A stretch of DNA of 40,054 bases from Candidatus Bathyarchaeota archaeon B24-2 (GCA_002490245.1 PCNA01000003.1:1-40054); one strand, 5' to 3'. Shown: positions 26,364 through 35,084, counted from the first letter of the stretch. Numbers and translations are program-made. The notes: a model not told the origin generated them from the sequence alone.

Positions 26364-26996
26364 CTATTTTTCAGCTTGCATACCTTCTTCGTTTTGGGAT
26401 AATCCTATTATAGAGTATGCCTTCTTTAGGTTTTTCTCAACCTCTTTCTTCACGTTGTCGTAGAAGTTCTCTCCGTTCGAGTCTATTACTACCGTGAGAG
26501 GGCCGAACTCCCTTACACGCATAACCCACAAGGCCTCAGGGATTCCGAGGTCTAGCCATTCGACCCTCTCAACTTCCTCTATGCTCTTGGCAGCTAGGGC
26601 TCCTGCTCCCCCAGTAAATATCGTGTATACGGCCCCGAACCTTCTACAGGCTTCCGTCGTTTTAGAGCCCATTCCCCCCTTCCCTATTATGACCCTGACT
26701 CCCGTCTTCTCTATGAATTCCGCTTCGTACATTTCCAGTCTAGCGCTGGTAGTCGGTCCAGCCGATAAGACCCTCCATCTGTCCCCCTCTCTCTTCACTA
26801 CGGGACCTACGTGATATAACGCCATTCCGGAGAAGTTAACTGGTAGGGGCTTACCCTTGTTTAGGTACTCTAAGGCTCTTCTATGCCCTGCGTCTCTTAG
26901 GCTCAGGACGGTGCCTGATATGAAGAGAATGTCGCCGATTTTGAGAAGTTTCACCTGCTCTTCGCTTATAGGAGTCGTGAAGTGGTATTCTGCCAT
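26364..26996 (-). CDS. class I fumarate hydratase (or tartrate dehydratase), beta subunit
   Basis: 210 aa with GPTTSARLE and IGKGGMG. It lies 5 nt downstream of the alpha subunit gene. Confidence 0.75.
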   Translation of the reverse strand: MAEYHFTTPISEEQVKLLKIGDILFISGTVLSLRDAGHRRALEYLNKGKPLPVNFSGMALYHVGPVVKREGDRWRVLSAGPTTSARLEMYEAEFIEKTGVRVIIGKGGMGSKTTEACRRFGAVYTIFTGGAGALAAKSIEEVERVEWLDLGIPEALWVMRVREFGPLTVVIDSNGENFYDNVKKEVEKNLKKAYSIIGLSQNEEGMQAEK

Positions 26997-27001
26997 GTTT
27001 A

Positions 27002-27895
27002 CTATGCCTCCGAATTCAAGAATCTATGGGTCAGAAACTTAACCTCATGCTTTGTAACCCTGAGTGTAGAGACTCTTGAAGCCCAGCAGTTAACGGCTAC
27101 TCCTACAGCCAAAGAGGCTGGATGTCTGTGGGCAATCTCTATATGCGCGTCTAAAGCTGTCGTGTAGCCTCCGACACCGTGAGGGCCCCAGCCTAAAGCG
27201 TTTACAGCCCTAAGCAGTTTATCTTCTAGCTCCGCTACGTCTGGTCGAGGATGTCTCTCACCTATTCGACGGAGAAGAGCTCTTCTAGCCAGTTTCATGG
27301 CTATATCGCCTGTAGGTCCTAAACCCACTCCTACGATTACTGGTGGACAAGGTTTTGCCCCAGCCTCGAATATGGCGTCTATAGCGACCTTTAAGGCTCC
27401 CTTTACTCCGAGGCTGGGAGGTATGGTTCTAGCTAAACTTGGTCCTTCGCTGCCTCCACCCTTCAACATCACCGTTATCTCCGCTTCCTCGCTTTTAGGT
27501 ATAATTTCCCATTCTATCCACGGAATGTTTTCGCCTGTGTTGTTCCCGCTGTTTTTGCCTGTGATCACGTCTACGGCGTTAGGTCTTAGCGGTGTAGAAG
27601 CTGTAGCTTCTATCGTCGCTTCTCTAATTACGGCAGGCAACTCTCCTAACAGGGGAAAGTTTTCTCCAGCTTTTATATAGTAGATTAAAGTCCCTGTGTC
27701 TTGGCAAAGCGGTCTTTTTTCTTCCTCCGCTATCTTTACGTTATCTAGGATCGATTTGAGTACTCTTTTCGCAACCACGTTATCCTCTCTTTCATAAGCT
27801 TTCTTTAAAGCCTCTTTGACGTCGTCTGCTAGATATATGGCCGTAGCAGAGACCATCGTTGCGATTTTGTCTTTCAAAACCTCTCGAGAGACCAT
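27002..27895 (-). CDS. class I fumarate hydratase (or tartrate dehydratase), alpha subunit
   Basis: 297 aa with PLCQDTGT and MLKGGGSE. Confidence 0.75.
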   Translation of the reverse strand: MVSREVLKDKIATMVSATAIYLADDVKEALKKAYEREDNVVAKRVLKSILDNVKIAEEEKRPLCQDTGTLIYYIKAGENFPLLGELPAVIREATIEATASTPLRPNAVDVITGKNSGNNTGENIPWIEWEIIPKSEEAEITVMLKGGGSEGPSLARTIPPSLGVKGALKVAIDAIFEAGAKPCPPVIVGVGLGPTGDIAMKLARRALLRRIGERHPRPDVAELEDKLLRAVNALGWGPHGVGGYTTALDAHIEIAHRHPASLAVGVAVNCWASRVSTLRVTKHEVKFLTHRFLNSEA

Positions 27896-28115
27896 AGGTA
27901 AATTGTGTTTTGGGGAACTTTAAAAATATCTACGATGATGAAAGGGATACGCCAAGAGTGTTTAGAAGTCGATGAGGATACCGAAGGAGGGTACAGCAAC
28001 AAAGTTGAAGCCTGTAGACCACCGTTCTTTATCACTATTGAAAAATTGGTTTTAATGCTCTTGGAGAACCGTTCCTTACTTAAAAGCTCTTGTCTCGACC
28101 GTCTAACCCACTACT

Positions 28116-28958
28116 TTAAATCGGTAAATGCAACCAGCTAAATACGCCTATCATCTTTAACCCCATGTAGACCATGACTGCTATGAAGACGTACCTTAAC
28201 TGTTTAGCTGGAAGCCTATGAGCCGTCCTGACGCCTACTTGAGCCATGGGAACGCTTGTCCCCGCGAGGAGTATCCACTGTAGAAGGTTCACGTAGCCGA
28301 TCGAATATTCTGGTAGTCCTGATACACCTAACCCCTCGATTATGTAGGAGGTTACCCCGCCGATGGAAGTGAATATCATCATGGCGGTCGAAGTACCTAC
28401 TGCTTGATGCATCCTGAACTTCAGTATAACGACCATCACGGGAACCATCAGAACCCCGCCTCCTATCCCGATCAGACCACATGCAAACCCTAAGGGAAGC
28501 CCCCAAAGAAAATAGGTGAACAGGTTTTTTGTCGGTTCCTCTGTGATCTTTGGAGGTTTAGCAGTCAGCATTCTTACCGCACCGGCTAAAATCGCGAGAC
28601 CGAATATGGTCGTTAGGATTCTGCCAGGGAGATGTGCTGCAACGTATCCGCCTAATAACGAGCTAAACGCGCCGGTAACTCCCAGAACGATTCCGGCTCT
28701 CCATAACACGGCTCCCTTTCTGGTGTGGCCTATCGCCCCACTCAGGGCCGTCGGTAGAACCACAAGGAGGTTTGTGCCGAAAGCCACCCTTATGGCGATC
28801 GTCGGATCTATTCCCGTAGCCGTCAGTACCCAATATTGCACGGGTATCATTATGAAGCATCCGCCAACACCGAGTAAACCTGAGGCGAAGCCTACGCCGA
28901 TCCCCGTTATTAAAAGCGCGATTATGAAGGGTAACCCTATCATTTCAGCTTTCACCAC
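28116..28958 (-). CDS. TauE/SafE (TSUP) family permease, copy 1
   Basis: 280 aa with about 8 TM segments and two Gly-rich halves (GLLGVGGCFIMIP and GLIGIGGGVLMVP). Confidence 0.75.
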   Translation of the reverse strand: MVKAEMIGLPFIIALLITGIGVGFASGLLGVGGCFIMIPVQYWVLTATGIDPTIAIRVAFGTNLLVVLPTALSGAIGHTRKGAVLWRAGIVLGVTGAFSSLLGGYVAAHLPGRILTTIFGLAILAGAVRMLTAKPPKITEEPTKNLFTYFLWGLPLGFACGLIGIGGGVLMVPVMVVILKFRMHQAVGTSTAMMIFTSIGGVTSYIIEGLGVSGLPEYSIGYVNLLQWILLAGTSVPMAQVGVRTAHRLPAKQLRYVFIAVMVYMGLKMIGVFSWLHLPI

Positions 28959-29034
28959 ACCTCACTTTAAATCTTAACGAGAGAAGTTTGCCTCGATTCT
29001 ATTTTTGACCGTTAAACTGAAGGCTTCAGGGATC

Positions 29035-29100
29035 CTATAGAATGCGGATGTTATAGGATGGATGAGAATCTGCGATTTCATAGCGTACTCCTCTCACCAT
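29035..29100 (-). CDS. 21-codon small ORF at a predicted leaderless start (speculative)
   Basis: My - strand translation is MVRGVRYEIADSHPSYNIRIL. The ATG at 29100 lies 19-32 nt downstream of GAAAAAAATAAATAT, a BRE/TATA-like box. It could instead be the 5' leader of the TauE gene. Confidence 0.2.
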   Translation of the reverse strand: MVRGVRYEIADSHPSYNIRIL

Positions 29101-29160
29101 TTATCACAACATGTAACAATATTTATTTTTTTCGTTACAATTTGTAACAATATAGATTCT
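29101..29160 (-). promoter_or_regulatory. promoter with flanking operator-like sites
   Basis: A perfect 15-bp palindrome GTTACAATTTGTAAC lies at 29134-29148. The 11-mer TGTAACAATAT is repeated at 29112-29122 and 29143-29153, 31 bp apart. The A/T box at 29119-29132 sits between them. Confidence 0.5.
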
Positions 29161-29230
29161 CAATTCTCGGTGGATAAAATTTGAGAGGAACCTTAGAAGA
29201 AGGGATTGTAGAATAGGTCTAAGAGTCATA

Positions 29231-29255
29231 AAGGCTAGGAGGCGTAAAAAGCCTT
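29231..29255 (-). terminator. hairpin plus T5 tract directly after the TauE-2 stop
   Basis: The - strand reads AAGGCTTTTTACGCCTCCTAGCCTT, a 6-bp stem (AAGGCT/AGCCTT) with a T5 run. Confidence 0.4.
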
Positions 29256-30020
29256 CTAGAATAAGGACTCGACGTATAGCTTCGCAGCTATGATGGAGAG
29301 AACTATGGCGAATAGATACTTCACCGTTTTATGCTTAAACTTTCTGGTCATTAGATGGGAGCCCGTAAAGGCCCCTGCAAGAACAATTAAGGTTAGACCT
29401 AAAAACCATGGTATGTCGATTATGATGTGCCCAAGCGTGGCGTGAACGATGAAGCTGACGAGAACGCCTGCATTAACGCAGAAAACAGAGACCGCTGCAG
29501 CGTTTTTATGTTTTAAACCTAAGATTAGAAGCGCTGGGAGTATGATGCTGCCTCCACCTCTACCCACCATTCCTCCGACAAAGCCTATCGATGCCCCAAC
29601 CACCACACTTATTAAAACCCTCGTTCTCCTCGAGTATTCACCTTTCGGACGGAGACCGAGAAACGATTGGGCTACACCGAACGTAGTTATCAAAGCGAAT
29701 ACGAAGAGTATTACTCTATCGGAGACTATACCCGTGAAGGTTGCGCCCAGCGGCGCACTTATTAGTAGAGGCACAGCTATCGGGAGGGCAGCCTTCAAAT
29801 CGATTAATCTAGCCTTAAAATAATTGATGGAAGCAACCGTAGTGGATACAAACGAGAGCCATAGAGCCAACGATACAGCACTTTTAAGGGGCATTCCAAG
29901 CCAATGAAAGGCTGGAGTGTAGATTTGGCCTCCTCCCAATCCTATCGCCGGGAAAACGAAGGAAACCAAGGAGACTAGGAGGAAAGAGAGTAGGTAACAG
30001 AGCTCATTCATATCAATCAT
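29256..30020 (-). CDS. TauE/SafE (TSUP) family permease, copy 2
   Basis: 254 aa multi-TM protein with GLGGGQIYTP and GRGGGSIILP. It starts 14 nt downstream of the SPASM radical SAM gene. Confidence 0.75.
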   Translation of the reverse strand: MIDMNELCYLLSFLLVSLVSFVFPAIGLGGGQIYTPAFHWLGMPLKSAVSLALWLSFVSTTVASINYFKARLIDLKAALPIAVPLLISAPLGATFTGIVSDRVILFVFALITTFGVAQSFLGLRPKGEYSRRTRVLISVVVGASIGFVGGMVGRGGGSIILPALLILGLKHKNAAAVSVFCVNAGVLVSFIVHATLGHIIIDIPWFLGLTLIVLAGAFTGSHLMTRKFKHKTVKYLFAIVLSIIAAKLYVESLF

Positions 30021-30034
30021 CTAGACTATTTATG

Positions 30035-31525
30035 TTAGGGTGAAGTCACCGTTATCTTGCGTTCTTCCTTTACCTCGCTGGCCGGGTATCCTTTTAAGGC
30101 ATCGAAGGCTATTTCTCTCCAGTATCTTTCATTTAGTCTACATCCGGGGTCTGGGCCTTGTAAGTCGTTGAAGTAGGCGTAAGCCCTAGCCCTGCAGCCA
30201 CCACATATATACTTATATTCGCATTCTCCGCATCCCTTAAAGGAGTCTCTGTTTCTTATCTGTTTAAGTATAGGCGAGTTTCTCCAGATGTCTATAAGCC
30301 TCTGCTCTTTGATGTTCCCCACTTTTATAGGAATAAATACGCATGGCTCGATGTCTCCGTTAGGCTCCATACCGCAGTAGAGGCGTCCAGCTCCGCATCC
30401 ACCGATAAATTCTGTTAGAGACTTCGTCCTTCCCTTCAGCATTTCCATGGCATCTCTGTTCGTGAAGTGTGTAGCCACTACAGGCCCGAAGGCGAACTTG
30501 AAGGACGTCACGGCATATTGGGGAGCTGTGGAGAAAACGTCTAGCCTACAGTCTTCATCTATGAGCTTCGAGTAGAGGAATTCTAACAGCTCCTCCCGTT
30601 CCTCCGGAGTTAAGTCTTGATCCACTATCTCCCTTCCTCTACTTACGGGAATGAAGTTAAAGACTATGAAACGCCTCGCATGAAGTTCTTTCTCGACGAA
30701 GTCTATGAGCTTCGGAATCTCTTTCAGGTTGTAGTGGGTTGCGGTCGTCGCGACACCGGTATCTAAACCGACCTTAACGCAGTTTTTTATTCCTTCCACG
30801 GCTCTTCTCCAAGCTCCACGTATACCTCTAAATTCGTCATGGGTCCTCTCGAAGCCGTCTAGAGAGATCTCGACGTACTCAACACCCGCTTCTTTCATCT
30901 TCCTTGCAACGCTCTCGGTTATTAGAGTTCCGTTGGAGGCTACGGAAACATAGAACTCTTTATCGGCCGCGTATTTGGCCACCTCGAAGAAGTCTTTTCT
31001 CATCAAGGGTTCTCCGCCGGAGAAGGAGAGAGCGACGACTCCAGCATCAGCAAATTCGTCTATAGCTTTCTTCGCCTCTTCGGTGGTTAACTCGTCAGGT
31101 GAGGGCTTCGACCCTGCGTTTTCATAGCAGTGTTTACATCTTAAGTTACATTGCTTGGTAAAGTTCCAGACTATGAGGAAGGGAGCTGCCGTCGTTTGAG
31201 GCCTCTGCACGCCATAGTAGCCTATGCCTTCAAGGATGTTGGCTATACCCCTCCTAACGACGGGGAGTTTAAGCGACTCTATCATCTGTTCCTTTGAGAC
31301 GCCGAAGGATTCGGAGCCTCTATCTAAGGCTAGCTTAACTATCAGATAGGCAAGTTTCTCTTGAAAACTTAACTTTTCAGCCTCACCTACATACTTTTTT
31401 AGGGCAACCTCCAACTTACTGCCTTTCTCAGTTCGCTTTGAAACCCATTTCAAGAGGCTTCTAGAGATCGGGTTGCCAAGCCATCTTTTCACGGTGTTTG
31501 CTACAAGGTCTGCCTCATGCATCAT
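30035..31525 (-). CDS. radical SAM enzyme with a C-terminal SPASM domain and an N-terminal extension of about 110 aa
   Basis: 496 aa with CNLRCKHCY (CxxxCxxC) and GGEPL. The SPASM cysteines are CGAGRLYC...EPC...CGECEYKYICGGCRARAY. Confidence 0.8.
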   Translation of the reverse strand: MMHEADLVANTVKRWLGNPISRSLLKWVSKRTEKGSKLEVALKKYVGEAEKLSFQEKLAYLIVKLALDRGSESFGVSKEQMIESLKLPVVRRGIANILEGIGYYGVQRPQTTAAPFLIVWNFTKQCNLRCKHCYENAGSKPSPDELTTEEAKKAIDEFADAGVVALSFSGGEPLMRKDFFEVAKYAADKEFYVSVASNGTLITESVARKMKEAGVEYVEISLDGFERTHDEFRGIRGAWRRAVEGIKNCVKVGLDTGVATTATHYNLKEIPKLIDFVEKELHARRFIVFNFIPVSRGREIVDQDLTPEEREELLEFLYSKLIDEDCRLDVFSTAPQYAVTSFKFAFGPVVATHFTNRDAMEMLKGRTKSLTEFIGGCGAGRLYCGMEPNGDIEPCVFIPIKVGNIKEQRLIDIWRNSPILKQIRNRDSFKGCGECEYKYICGGCRARAYAYFNDLQGPDPGCRLNERYWREIAFDALKGYPASEVKEERKITVTSP

Positions 31526-32892
31526 CTTCCCCTCATATAGTTTACGACCGTTTTGATGGCGTCCTTCACGAAGATGAATTGCCTATCCTTTATCCATCTC
31601 CAGATAACCTTAGGTCTAAGGTAAAAACTGAGGTAAGCTTTCTGTAAAAGCGATTTTAGCTGTCTCGCCGTTAGGTTTTTAAGCTTCATAACAGGGTCTA
31701 TAACCGTGTATTTAGACCAGTCCTTAGTCAACAATAGACCGTTTTTCAGGGCGAAATCGAAGATCGGAGTACCTGGATAGGGGGTTAAGATCGAGAACTG
31801 AGCATAGTCTAGATTCAATTTTTTGGCGAAGTTTATCGTCTGTTTGATCGTTTGTATGGTGTCTTCTGGGAAGCCGAGTATGAAGGAGCCTAAAACCTGC
31901 ATTCCAGCCTCCTTCACGGTCTTAACAGCTTTTTTAGCTTGCTCCAAAGTTATCCTTTTACCTATAGAGTCTAAGATTTTCTGGCTGCCTGACTCTATGC
32001 CTAGATAGAGAACCCAGCATCCCGCCCGCTTCATCTTTTCGGCTAGCTTCCTAGTTATCGTGTCTACCCGTGAGGAGGCAGACCAAGCGATGTCTAAGCC
32101 CTCTTTAATTATTTTATCGCAGATCTCTTCAGCCCTCTTACGGTTAAGCGTGAAGGTGTCGTCCATAAGCTCTATATCCCTTATCTTGTAGTCATCGTGG
32201 ATGATTCTTATTTCTTCCAACACATTTCTGGGGCTTCTACCTCTCCAGCGGCAACCGAACAAACGTGAAGACGAGCAGAAGGAGCAGCCGAACGGGCATC
32301 CTCTGCTTGTGATCATCGTCGCATACTTTACACCGTTAAACTGGTAGAGGTCTATCGGAAGCAGGTCTCTACTCGGGAAAGGGATGCTATCTATGTCTTT
32401 GATGAAGGGTCTAGGTTCGTTATCTATTATCTGACCGTTCTTCCTGAAGGTTATGCCCCGCACTTCATCTAACGGAGCGTTCTTCTCGATAGCTTTCGCC
32501 AGCTCTTGAACCGTCTCTTCCCCCTCACCCTTAACGATTACGTCGACGTATCTACACTCCTCCAAAGTCTCCTTCGGTAGGAACGTTACGTGAGGGCCGC
32601 CCATAACTACTGTGCAGTCTTCTCTTACCTCCTTAGCGACCTTAGCTACGGCGTAGGCTTGATATATCGAAGACGTTACGGAAGTTATTCCCACTATATC
32701 GGGGTTAAAGGACTTCAGCTCCCTTCTTAAGTCTTCCAACGTATAGTTTAAAGCAGCGGAGTCGATTATCTTCACTTTATGCTCCTTTCTCAGGACAGAG
32801 GCTAGGTAAGCTAGACCTAACGGTGGAGAAGAAGAGCCGAAAGTGGAAGCCACCGCGGATTTGTATGGAGGAGAAACTAGGCATACATTCAT
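31522..32892 (-). CDS. B12-binding-domain radical SAM enzyme (class B / COG1032-like)
   Basis: 456 aa with an N-terminal Rossmann-like domain (VVMGGPHVTF), then RGCPFGCSFC. It overlaps both neighbouring genes by 4 nt. Confidence 0.8.
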   Translation of the reverse strand: MNVCLVSPPYKSAVASTFGSSSPPLGLAYLASVLRKEHKVKIIDSAALNYTLEDLRRELKSFNPDIVGITSVTSSIYQAYAVAKVAKEVREDCTVVMGGPHVTFLPKETLEECRYVDVIVKGEGEETVQELAKAIEKNAPLDEVRGITFRKNGQIIDNEPRPFIKDIDSIPFPSRDLLPIDLYQFNGVKYATMITSRGCPFGCSFCSSSRLFGCRWRGRSPRNVLEEIRIIHDDYKIRDIELMDDTFTLNRKRAEEICDKIIKEGLDIAWSASSRVDTITRKLAEKMKRAGCWVLYLGIESGSQKILDSIGKRITLEQAKKAVKTVKEAGMQVLGSFILGFPEDTIQTIKQTINFAKKLNLDYAQFSILTPYPGTPIFDFALKNGLLLTKDWSKYTVIDPVMKLKNLTARQLKSLLQKAYLSFYLRPKVIWRWIKDRQFIFVKDAIKTVVNYMRGR

Positions 32893-34418
32893 CTCTTTAC
32901 TTCAACCCTCTCCACGCTTATCGGTTTAGGCATAAAGGCACCGTAAACTCCCCTAGCCTTCCATTCAACGATCTTTACGAATAGCCAGTAAAAGAAAGAC
33001 GATATCCTACTATACCACCTACCTTTAAAGTAGGAGTGTATCATAACTTTAGTCCACTTTATATCATGTCTTAAACATTTTATTAAAAGCTCCCTCTGTA
33101 AATCGTTCATCTGCTCGACCGTGAACCAGTCCTCATCCTTCAGCCTTCCGAGGGGAACGAAGAAGAGGGGGACTATTAAGCTTTTAAAATCTTTAAGGTC
33201 GTCCATCAGCTCGATCGTCTTAATCACGTCCTCATCGGTCTCTTCAGGCAGCCCGGTTATCAGAGTGCATGCAGGCACAAGGTTATTATCCGTCATTATA
33301 CCAGCAGCCGTCTTAACGACCTCCGGCCACTGCTCAGGCTTGAACGGCCGAGCCTTTGCAGGCATAACCTTCTTTACGAGCTCTGGTGAGCCTGTTTCTA
33401 TGCCCACTTCAGCTCCCCACCACTCTTGGTTTTCATCCAATATTATCTCGGCGACGTCTTCAACCAACATCGGATCGGTCGCCACAGCAGCCATCGACGT
33501 GTGACTCCAACTCAGCTGATTAACGTATCTTTTACATAGCTTATGTAGCTTCAACACTTTTTTCCTGTCAGGTATAACGCTTCTCGAACCATAGAGTAGA
33601 ACGTCTTCAGCATGTATCACCGAGTATTTTAAGCCTGCATCCGTGTTTACTTTAAGTTCTTTCTCGATCTTCTCGTAGGGATACCAGCGTAGAGGCCTCA
33701 AGGTAACGCTGCAGAAGGCGCAGCCCCGACAGCAGCCCCTCCCGATCTCGATTAAACCGTTTACGGAGGGGTTCTTGATTTCAGGTATCTCGTCTACGCT
33801 CGGAGACTCGTGTATACTCACCTCGTAAAACCTTGGAAGACTCTTTCCCTCGATAGCTCTTCTAACTATCTCACCAACCACCTTCTCGGCTTCACCGTCT
33901 ATAACGCAGTCTATTCCATGGTCTTCCGTAAACTTAGGTTTGAGTTTAAGTTGCCATGCGCCGGGTCCTCCGACTATTATCTTGAGGCCACGTTTCTTAG
34001 CTTCCACGACCTCGGGCTTCTCGAGCAGTATTCGAAAATACTTCGCGAGATAGGGTTCTCCTGTTTGGAGTATCCGGGAGAAGGTTGAGGAGGAGGGGCC
34101 TAGACCGAACGGGTCCATAACGTGAATGCCTAATACCTTAGCGTCAGATATATAGCGCTTCAGATGGTCTGGGTCTACGGTCAGGACTTCGAAGCCTTCG
34201 TTTAACAGTTGAGCCTCTATCTTTCTAAGTCCATAAGGGGCTTCTAGCGGTATACCGTCCACGTTCTTTATAGGAGGAAAGAACAGAAGCTTAAAAAACC
34301 ATTCTGGCACGACGTTTGGGGGAGCGGTTGTCCCGAAACCTAGGAACTCGTTTTGGTGGTAGTTACTCATCAAAGTCCTATCGGCGGTCAATACGACCTC
34401 GGGCCTCGTGCATCCCAC
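32889..34418 (-). CDS. radical SAM enzyme with a B12-binding-like N-domain (archaeal uncharacterised family)
   Basis: 509 aa with LTADRTLMSNY...FLGF at the N-terminus, IIVGGPGAW, and then GRGCCRGCAFCS (CxxxCxxC). Confidence 0.75.
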   Translation of the reverse strand: MGCTRPEVVLTADRTLMSNYHQNEFLGFGTTAPPNVVPEWFFKLLFFPPIKNVDGIPLEAPYGLRKIEAQLLNEGFEVLTVDPDHLKRYISDAKVLGIHVMDPFGLGPSSSTFSRILQTGEPYLAKYFRILLEKPEVVEAKKRGLKIIVGGPGAWQLKLKPKFTEDHGIDCVIDGEAEKVVGEIVRRAIEGKSLPRFYEVSIHESPSVDEIPEIKNPSVNGLIEIGRGCCRGCAFCSVTLRPLRWYPYEKIEKELKVNTDAGLKYSVIHAEDVLLYGSRSVIPDRKKVLKLHKLCKRYVNQLSWSHTSMAAVATDPMLVEDVAEIILDENQEWWGAEVGIETGSPELVKKVMPAKARPFKPEQWPEVVKTAAGIMTDNNLVPACTLITGLPEETDEDVIKTIELMDDLKDFKSLIVPLFFVPLGRLKDEDWFTVEQMNDLQRELLIKCLRHDIKWTKVMIHSYFKGRWYSRISSFFYWLFVKIVEWKARGVYGAFMPKPISVERVEVKR

Positions 34419-34459
34419 CTCTAAGTGATCCTTGCCATGTAAAGATTCAGAATGGAAAC

Positions 34460-34492
34460 AAATATATACTTTTCTATTACATTTTGTAGTAG
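34460..34492 (+). promoter_or_regulatory. shared divergent promoter; imperfect palindrome between the TATA box and the Lrp ATG
   Basis: AAATATATAC (34460-34469) lies about 25-30 nt upstream of the ATG at 34493. CTATTACATTTTGTAGTAG (34474-34492) pairs at 7 of 9 positions. Its core TTACA-N3-TGTA matches the core of the 29134-29148 palindrome. Confidence 0.45.
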
Positions 34493-35062
34493 ATGCCGCG
34501 TATAGACGAGCTAGACAAAAAGATAATAGCCATACTTCAGAAGGATGGAAGGGCCTCGCTTACAGATATAGGTAGGAAGCTCGGTCTCTCCCATGTCAGT
34601 ATTAGGAAAAGGATAGAAAAACTCTACGAGAAGGGTGTTAAGGTAACCGCTGGCCTCGACGCCAGAAAATTCGGTTTCCGTATAGCGATAGTGAACGTCG
34701 AAGCTGAAGGACATGAACGCCTTCTAGAACTATTAAAGAAGTTCTCCGATTGCCCAAGGATGGTGTTCATGACGACGACTACCGGAGACTACAACCTCAT
34801 GACCGTCATGATAGCAGAAGACGCCGACACCTTAAATTCGATAATCGAATTCTGTTCTGCAAGAAACCAGAAGGGGATAAGACGGTCAGAGGCGATAGTT
34901 GGTGAAGCACCCATACTTCCCAAGTATCTACCTATAAGGATCGTGGCAGAGAAGATGTTAGAAGACGCACCCTGCGGAGTGAACTGCGGTAGATGCGCAC
35001 GGTATAAAGAAGGGAAATGTCTCGCCTGTCCGGCGACGAAGTATTATCGCGGCCCCCTCTAA
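34493..35062 (+). CDS. Lrp/AsnC-family transcriptional regulator with a C-terminal Cys-rich extension
   Basis: 189 aa with an N-terminal HTH (LDKKIIAILQKDGRASLTDIGRKLGLSHVSIRKRI) and a RAM-like middle. The tail is CGVNCGRCARYKEGKCLAC (Cys161/165/168/176/179). Confidence 0.8.
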   Translation: MPRIDELDKKIIAILQKDGRASLTDIGRKLGLSHVSIRKRIEKLYEKGVKVTAGLDARKFGFRIAIVNVEAEGHERLLELLKKFSDCPRMVFMTTTTGDYNLMTVMIAEDADTLNSIIEFCSARNQKGIRRSEAIVGEAPILPKYLPIRIVAEKMLEDAPCGVNCGRCARYKEGKCLACPATKYYRGPL

Positions 35063-35084
35063 CCCGTGTGGAGGGGGATAAAAG

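Noticed and set aside
27905-28141. 78-aa + strand ORF in the gap between the fumarase and TauE genes.
   Set aside because: It has no motif, an odd composition and no convincing promoter, and it overlaps the 3' end of the TauE gene. It is most likely non-coding spacer that carries the fumarase promoter.
30035-35062. Interpretation as the alternative heme (Ahb) or heme d1 (Nir) pathway, with AhbD/NirJ-like SPASM radical SAM and AhbA/B- or NirDLGH-like Lrp-fold proteins.
   Set aside because: Only one Lrp-like protein is present. It has an ordinary HTH plus a Cys tail, not the paired decarboxylase subunits. The other two enzymes have B12-binding-type domains, which are not part of Ahb or Nir. 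No siroheme genes are nearby. I cannot fully exclude it without profile searches.
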